The position numbers were made by a program, and so were the translations under genes. The notes beneath the pieces were generated by a model that worked only from the letters and a program-made list of their open reading frames with translations, was not told the origin of the DNA and ran no database searches. Positions 59,892 to 64,000 of a stretch of 64,000 nt of DNA are shown one piece after another. Position 1 is the first letter of the stretch; every line of letters starts with the position of its first letter. This stretch comes from Syntrophales bacterium (GTDB lineage: Bacteria > Desulfobacterota > Syntrophia > Syntrophales > UBA6807), in the NCBI GenBank assembly GCA_040767195.1, contig JAXGPA010000002.1, positions 64,001 to 128,000 on the forward strand, read 5' to 3'.

Positions 59892-61195
59892 CGGCCCTTG
59901 AGTCCTTCAAAAACGTTCCAGCTTTTCAGGAGATCGACGGCGTACTTGAGCTGGTTGTCCGGCCTTTTCTTCGTATTTTCCCCGGACAGGCCTTCCGCTT
60001 CACGGGATTCGCCGGGCAGGTGGCCCTCCAGGTCTTTCTCCCGGAGGATCGCCCCGCTCTCCTCCTCCGCGGAACCATTTCTCTGGCTCCGATCCAGCTC
60101 TACGAGAATGTCCGGCGTGATACCCTTCGCCTGGATGGATGTCCCATCGGGCGTGTAATACTTGGCGGTGGTCAACTTCAGGGCCGACCCGTCATTCAGG
60201 GGAATGACAGCCTGAACGGACCCCTTTCCGAAGGTCTGGGTTCCCACGAGCAGGGCTCTCCCGTTGTCGCGAAGGGCGCCGGCCACGATTTCAGAAGCGC
60301 TGGCCGAACCCCGGTTGATGAGGACCACCATGGGGCAGGACAATTCGTCCCCATCGTCCCGGGCCTCGTAGGTCTTGTCGGCCGAGGGGATCCGGCCCTT
60401 GGTGGATACGATGAGGCCTTTTTTCAGAAACACGTCAGAAACAAACACCGCTTGATCCAGAAGCCCCCCGGGATTGTTCCTCATATCGATGACAAGACCC
60501 TTCAGGGGGTCCTTTTTTCCCGTCATCTCCTTCAGGGCGCCCGTGACCTCTTCGAGGGTATTCTCGTTGAAGGCGGCGATGCGAAGATAACCGATATCTC
60601 CTTCCATGCGCTCGTTTTTCACACTGTGGACCTTGATGATGTCCCGGGTGATGGTGTAATCCCGGGGCTTCGTCAGACCTTCCCGGAGAATGGAAATAGT
60701 CACCTGGGATCCCTTGGGTCCCCGGAGCTTCCGGACAGCCTCCATGATATTCATGCCCTGAGTGGAGGTGCCTTCGATGGCCACGATCCGGTCGTCCGCC
60801 TTGATCCCCGCGATAAAGGCGGGCGTGTCCTCGATGGGTGAGACGACGGTGAGGACGTCGTCTTTTACAGTGATTTCGATACCCAGGCCGCCGAAGACAC
60901 CTTTCGTGTCCACCTGCAGTTCCCGGTACATTTCCGGAGAGAGATAAATGCTGTGGGGATCAAGGGAACGAATCATTCCCTGGATGGCCCCTTCCATGAC
61001 TTTTTCGGGCTCAATTTCCTCGACGTAGTTGTTCTCTATGATATCGAGAATTTCGTTGAATGTCTTGAGATTCTTGTACAGGCCCTGATCGCCTGCCGTG
61101 GAGGTGGGCACCGTCCCCGATCCCACGATTCCCCAGAGAAACGCCAGGGCGAGAACCCCCGCGAGGGTTCCCTTCAGCATGCTCCTTCCTTTCAT
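59888..61195 (-). CDS. ctpA: S41 C-terminal processing peptidase
   Basis: LDPHS, PDZ GGLGIE, DMRNNPGG, SASASEI, TFGKGSVQ. Confidence 0.94.
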   Translation of the reverse strand: MKGRSMLKGTLAGVLALAFLWGIVGSGTVPTSTAGDQGLYKNLKTFNEILDIIENNYVEEIEPEKVMEGAIQGMIRSLDPHSIYLSPEMYRELQVDTKGVFGGLGIEITVKDDVLTVVSPIEDTPAFIAGIKADDRIVAIEGTSTQGMNIMEAVRKLRGPKGSQVTISILREGLTKPRDYTITRDIIKVHSVKNERMEGDIGYLRIAAFNENTLEEVTGALKEMTGKKDPLKGLVIDMRNNPGGLLDQAVFVSDVFLKKGLIVSTKGRIPSADKTYEARDDGDELSCPMVVLINRGSASASEIVAGALRDNGRALLVGTQTFGKGSVQAVIPLNDGSALKLTTAKYYTPDGTSIQAKGITPDILVELDRSQRNGSAEEESGAILREKDLEGHLPGESREAEGLSGENTKKRPDNQLKYAVDLLKSWNVFEGLKGR

Positions 61196-61272
61196 TGAGT
61201 CCTCCAAAAATCCTGATCAATATATTATCATACACTCTATGAGGCGCGCTTTCCAATTTTTTCTCGCCTTTT

Positions 61273-63084
61273 TCAGGGCATCCGGGGAACACTGACCCGT
61301 CTCTCCGGGTGATAGCGCCTTTCCAGGTGCCGGGCCACCCAGCTCATGCCGTAACAGCAGACAAAGTAGAGAAAGGCGATGGTCGTGTAAATCTCGAAGG
61401 GGTAAATCATGAGGCGGTTGTTGATGGTCTGGGCAACGGTAGTCAGTTCAAACACCCCGATGATGTAAGCGAGAGACGTGTCCTTGAAGAGAGAAATGAA
61501 CTGGCCCACAAAGGCGGGAATCATCATTTTCAGAGCCTGGGGCAGAACGATGAACCGCATGGTTTTTCCGTATGAAAGCCCGGAAGCGAGGGCCGCCTCG
61601 GTCTGGCCGTGGGGAATGGCGTTCACGCCCGCCCGGACGATTTCGGCGATATAGGCTCCGGAAAAAAGGGTGAAAGCGATGGCGGCGCTCCAGAAAACGT
61701 TGATCTGCATGCCCGTCACGATGGGAGAAAAGAAGTAGACCCAGAAAATGACCATGATGAGAGGGTTTCCCCTGATGGTTTCGATGTAGAGGACGCTTGC
61801 CGTGCTCACCAGTGGATTTTCGCTCAAACGACCGAGACCGAAAACAAGACCTATGAAAAAGCTGATAAAAAGAGCGATGGCGGCGAGCAGGATGCTCAGA
61901 GAGAGGCCGCCGAGACCGAAAAGAATTTCCCCCTTTCCGCCCTGGGGAAACATCCATATGAGAAGTTCCGGAAGATTGTCCCCGATGACGGTCCAGTTGA
62001 ATGAGAACAAGGCATAAACGAGAAGTCCTGAAACCCCGGTGAGGACGATGAACGACAGGATTCTACCGGAAAGGACGAGTCCCCGGTTCAGGAACTCGAG
62101 AAAACGTTGACCGAAAGAGGCATAGATCCCTTCCTCCCGGTGGCGTTCCTTTTCCCGCCTCCGGTCCCCGAGCCAGGATGCGGCGCGCCCGCCCGCCCGG
62201 CAGAGTGCCGCCAGGGGACGCATGGCCAGGCCCAGCATGCGGTCGAGGACGTTGAGATCCTTTTCCCCGATTTTCAGGTGGTGGTTGATGCTGTTCATGA
62301 TGAGGGAAATGGACAGGGAGAGGCCGAGATAGATGAGGGAAGCCGCCGAGGTGGCTTCAAAGCCCCGGAATGTGAAGGACTCTATCTGCTGGGACTGCCA
62401 GCAGAGTTCGGCCACCCCGATGGTCATGGCCAGGGAGGAGTTCTTCATGTTGTTCAGAAACTCGCTCCCCAGGGGCGGGATGATGACCCGGAAGGCCTGG
62501 GGAAGGACCACGAAGCGCAACATCTGAAACCGGGACAGTCCCGACGACGCCGCCGCCTCGACGTGTCCGTGGGGGATGGCCTCGATGCCCGCCCGCACGA
62601 TTTCGGCGACGAAGGAGGCCGTGTAGATGCCAAGCCCCACCGTGGCCGCCCAGAATTCGAAATTGTGATCGTAGAGAAAAAGCCGGGCCCCCTCGGGCAG
62701 GCCCATGGGAAAGGCGAAGTACCAGAAGAAGAGCTGGACCAGGAGCGGCGTGTTCCGGAAAAATTCCACGTAGGCCGTGGACAGGTAGTAGGCCGGTTTG
62801 AAAGGAGACAGCCGGGCGATACCGAAAAGGGTACCGAGAACAAGAGCGATGCCCGTGCTTATCAGCGAAATCTGGATGGTCAGAAAGAGGCCCTTGAGAA
62901 GCCAGAGCCCGAAGATCTCCTGGTAGGTGGGGTTGACCTCGTACAGGACGGCCCAGTGAAAATCATAATCGAATCGGGCAAAGTGGAAGAGGACGTAAAA
63001 AAAGAGGACCAGCCCCCCCACCACAACCGCCTGTTGAAAGAAGCTTTTCAGTTTAGACACGGTTTTCGATCCGTTCCGTTCCAC
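61273..63084 (-). CDS. Polar amino acid ABC permease with two fused permease domains
   Basis: Two copies of RxxP..AEIVRAG.xAIPHG..EAA..SGLS..VLPQA. Confidence 0.9.
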   Translation of the reverse strand: MERNGSKTVSKLKSFFQQAVVVGGLVLFFYVLFHFARFDYDFHWAVLYEVNPTYQEIFGLWLLKGLFLTIQISLISTGIALVLGTLFGIARLSPFKPAYYLSTAYVEFFRNTPLLVQLFFWYFAFPMGLPEGARLFLYDHNFEFWAATVGLGIYTASFVAEIVRAGIEAIPHGHVEAAASSGLSRFQMLRFVVLPQAFRVIIPPLGSEFLNNMKNSSLAMTIGVAELCWQSQQIESFTFRGFEATSAASLIYLGLSLSISLIMNSINHHLKIGEKDLNVLDRMLGLAMRPLAALCRAGGRAASWLGDRRREKERHREEGIYASFGQRFLEFLNRGLVLSGRILSFIVLTGVSGLLVYALFSFNWTVIGDNLPELLIWMFPQGGKGEILFGLGGLSLSILLAAIALFISFFIGLVFGLGRLSENPLVSTASVLYIETIRGNPLIMVIFWVYFFSPIVTGMQINVFWSAAIAFTLFSGAYIAEIVRAGVNAIPHGQTEAALASGLSYGKTMRFIVLPQALKMMIPAFVGQFISLFKDTSLAYIIGVFELTTVAQTINNRLMIYPFEIYTTIAFLYFVCCYGMSWVARHLERRYHPERRVSVPRMP

Positions 63085-63098
63085 CGCCGGGAAGACTC

Positions 63099-63132
63099 AA
63101 AAAGCTGCGGCCTCATGTCCTGAGGCCGCAGC
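63099..63132 (-). terminator. Intercistronic hairpin with T run after the binding-protein gene
   Basis: gctgcggcctca/tgaggccgcagc stem followed by TTTTT on the minus strand. Confidence 0.7.
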
Positions 63133-63162
63133 GGGATTTATCAGGGTTTTCGAAAGGAAACC

Positions 63163-64000
63163 TCAGGGCCACATCTCGATCTTCTCCGTCATGGGGAAGT
63201 AGTAAGGCGTGTCCGGCCCGTACCATTTGTCATAAATTTTCATGTAGGTCCCGTCCTGCCACATGTCCTGAAGGGCGAAATTAATGGAGTCCCGCCAGGT
63301 GCTTTCATCCTCGGGGACACCGATGCCGTAGGGCTCGTCGCTGAAAAACTCGCCCACGAGCTCGTACTGTCCCGGTTCCTTGGCGGCATAGCCGAGCAGA
63401 ATCGTGCTGTCCGTGGTCCATCCGGCCACCTTGCCCTGCTGAAGGGCGAGAAAACAGGACGGCTCGTCCTGGAAGCTGATGACATGCTTTTCCGCCTCTT
63501 TGTCACCCAGGCGTTTCAGGAGGTTGATGGCGTTCTTCTCGCTCGTCGTTCCCTGCATGGACGCCAGGCGTTTACCGACGAAATCCTCCAGCTTGGTATA
63601 CTTCCCTTTTTTCGCCAGGACTTTCTGGCCGTCAAAAAAGTAGGTGATGGAAAAATCGATGGTCCGGTCCCGTTCCCTTTTGTGGGTCATGTTGGCGATG
63701 CTCATGTCGATCCTTCCCGACGTGAGGAAAGAAATGCGGGTTTTGTTGTTCAATTTCACCCTTTCGAGCTTCAGCTCCTTCCCCATGTACCCGCCGATCC
63801 GCTTGACTACCTCTTCGGCGATGTCCACGTCGAACCCCACCCACTCGTTCTTGTCGTTGAAGTAGGCGGCGGGAATGCTGTTGTACATGAGGCCGACCCG
63901 GGCCACCCCCGTTTCTTTCACACGGTCGTAAACCTGCCCGGCGAAGGCCAGGGACACGGTCCCGAAAAGGACCAGAAGAATCACCAGAAAACCGACGCTT
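63163..64000 (-). CDS. Polar amino acid ABC substrate-binding protein (family 3); start probably beyond the window
   Basis: VGFDVDIA, DFSITYFFDGQ, QGTTSE, EPYGIG, KIYDKWYG. Confidence 0.92.
   Translation of the reverse strand, partial: SVGFLVILLVLFGTVSLAFAGQVYDRVKETGVARVGLMYNSIPAAYFNDKNEWVGFDVDIAEEVVKRIGGYMGKELKLERVKLNNKTRISFLTSGRIDMSIANMTHKRERDRTIDFSITYFFDGQKVLAKKGKYTKLEDFVGKRLASMQGTTSEKNAINLLKRLGDKEAEKHVISFQDEPSCFLALQQGKVAGWTTDSTILLGYAAKEPGQYELVGEFFSDEPYGIGVPEDESTWRDSINFALQDMWQDGTYMKIYDKWYGPDTPYYFPMTEKIEMWP

Overview
GC-rich bacterial chromosomal segment. Gene content suggests an anaerobic Desulfobacterota/Deltaproteobacterium, plausibly Syntrophales-like (inference). In order: partial amtB under a sigma54 promoter; three tandem Hsp20 genes; a GAF-GGDEF cyclase; a TIM-barrel gene plus peptide ABC permeases; a visibly AT-richer block (sigma54 activator, Na+/solute symporter, MaoC hydratase, CoA-transferase); tatD; a TPP-riboswitch thiamine operon mixing archaeal-type (Thi4, ThiDN) and bacterial (thiC, thiM, thiE, thiamine pyrophosphokinase) parts and ending in an orphan HAD-like gene; a cobalamin-riboswitch btuCDBF-exbBD-tonB operon; pyrE, nfi, ribF; tRNA-Leu(CAG); a 71-aa glutaredoxin-like gene missed by the ORF track, with two in-frame UGA codons each followed by a SECIS-like hairpin; an acyl-CoA oxidation cluster beside a PAS3-LuxR regulator with a recent 375-bp internal duplication; a GT-C glycosyltransferase; NUDIX; peptide-binding protein; molybdopterin oxidoreductase; tol-pal; lolB-like, TPR, deacetylase and ctpA genes; and a polar amino acid ABC system with a fused permease. 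Non-coding repeats include GGGGAC-type palindromes, two copies of a ~170-bp MITE-like element with different central hairpins, and IS21-like end motifs. No CRISPR, rRNA, transposase or integrase was seen. All calls come from reading motifs by eye; no searches were run.
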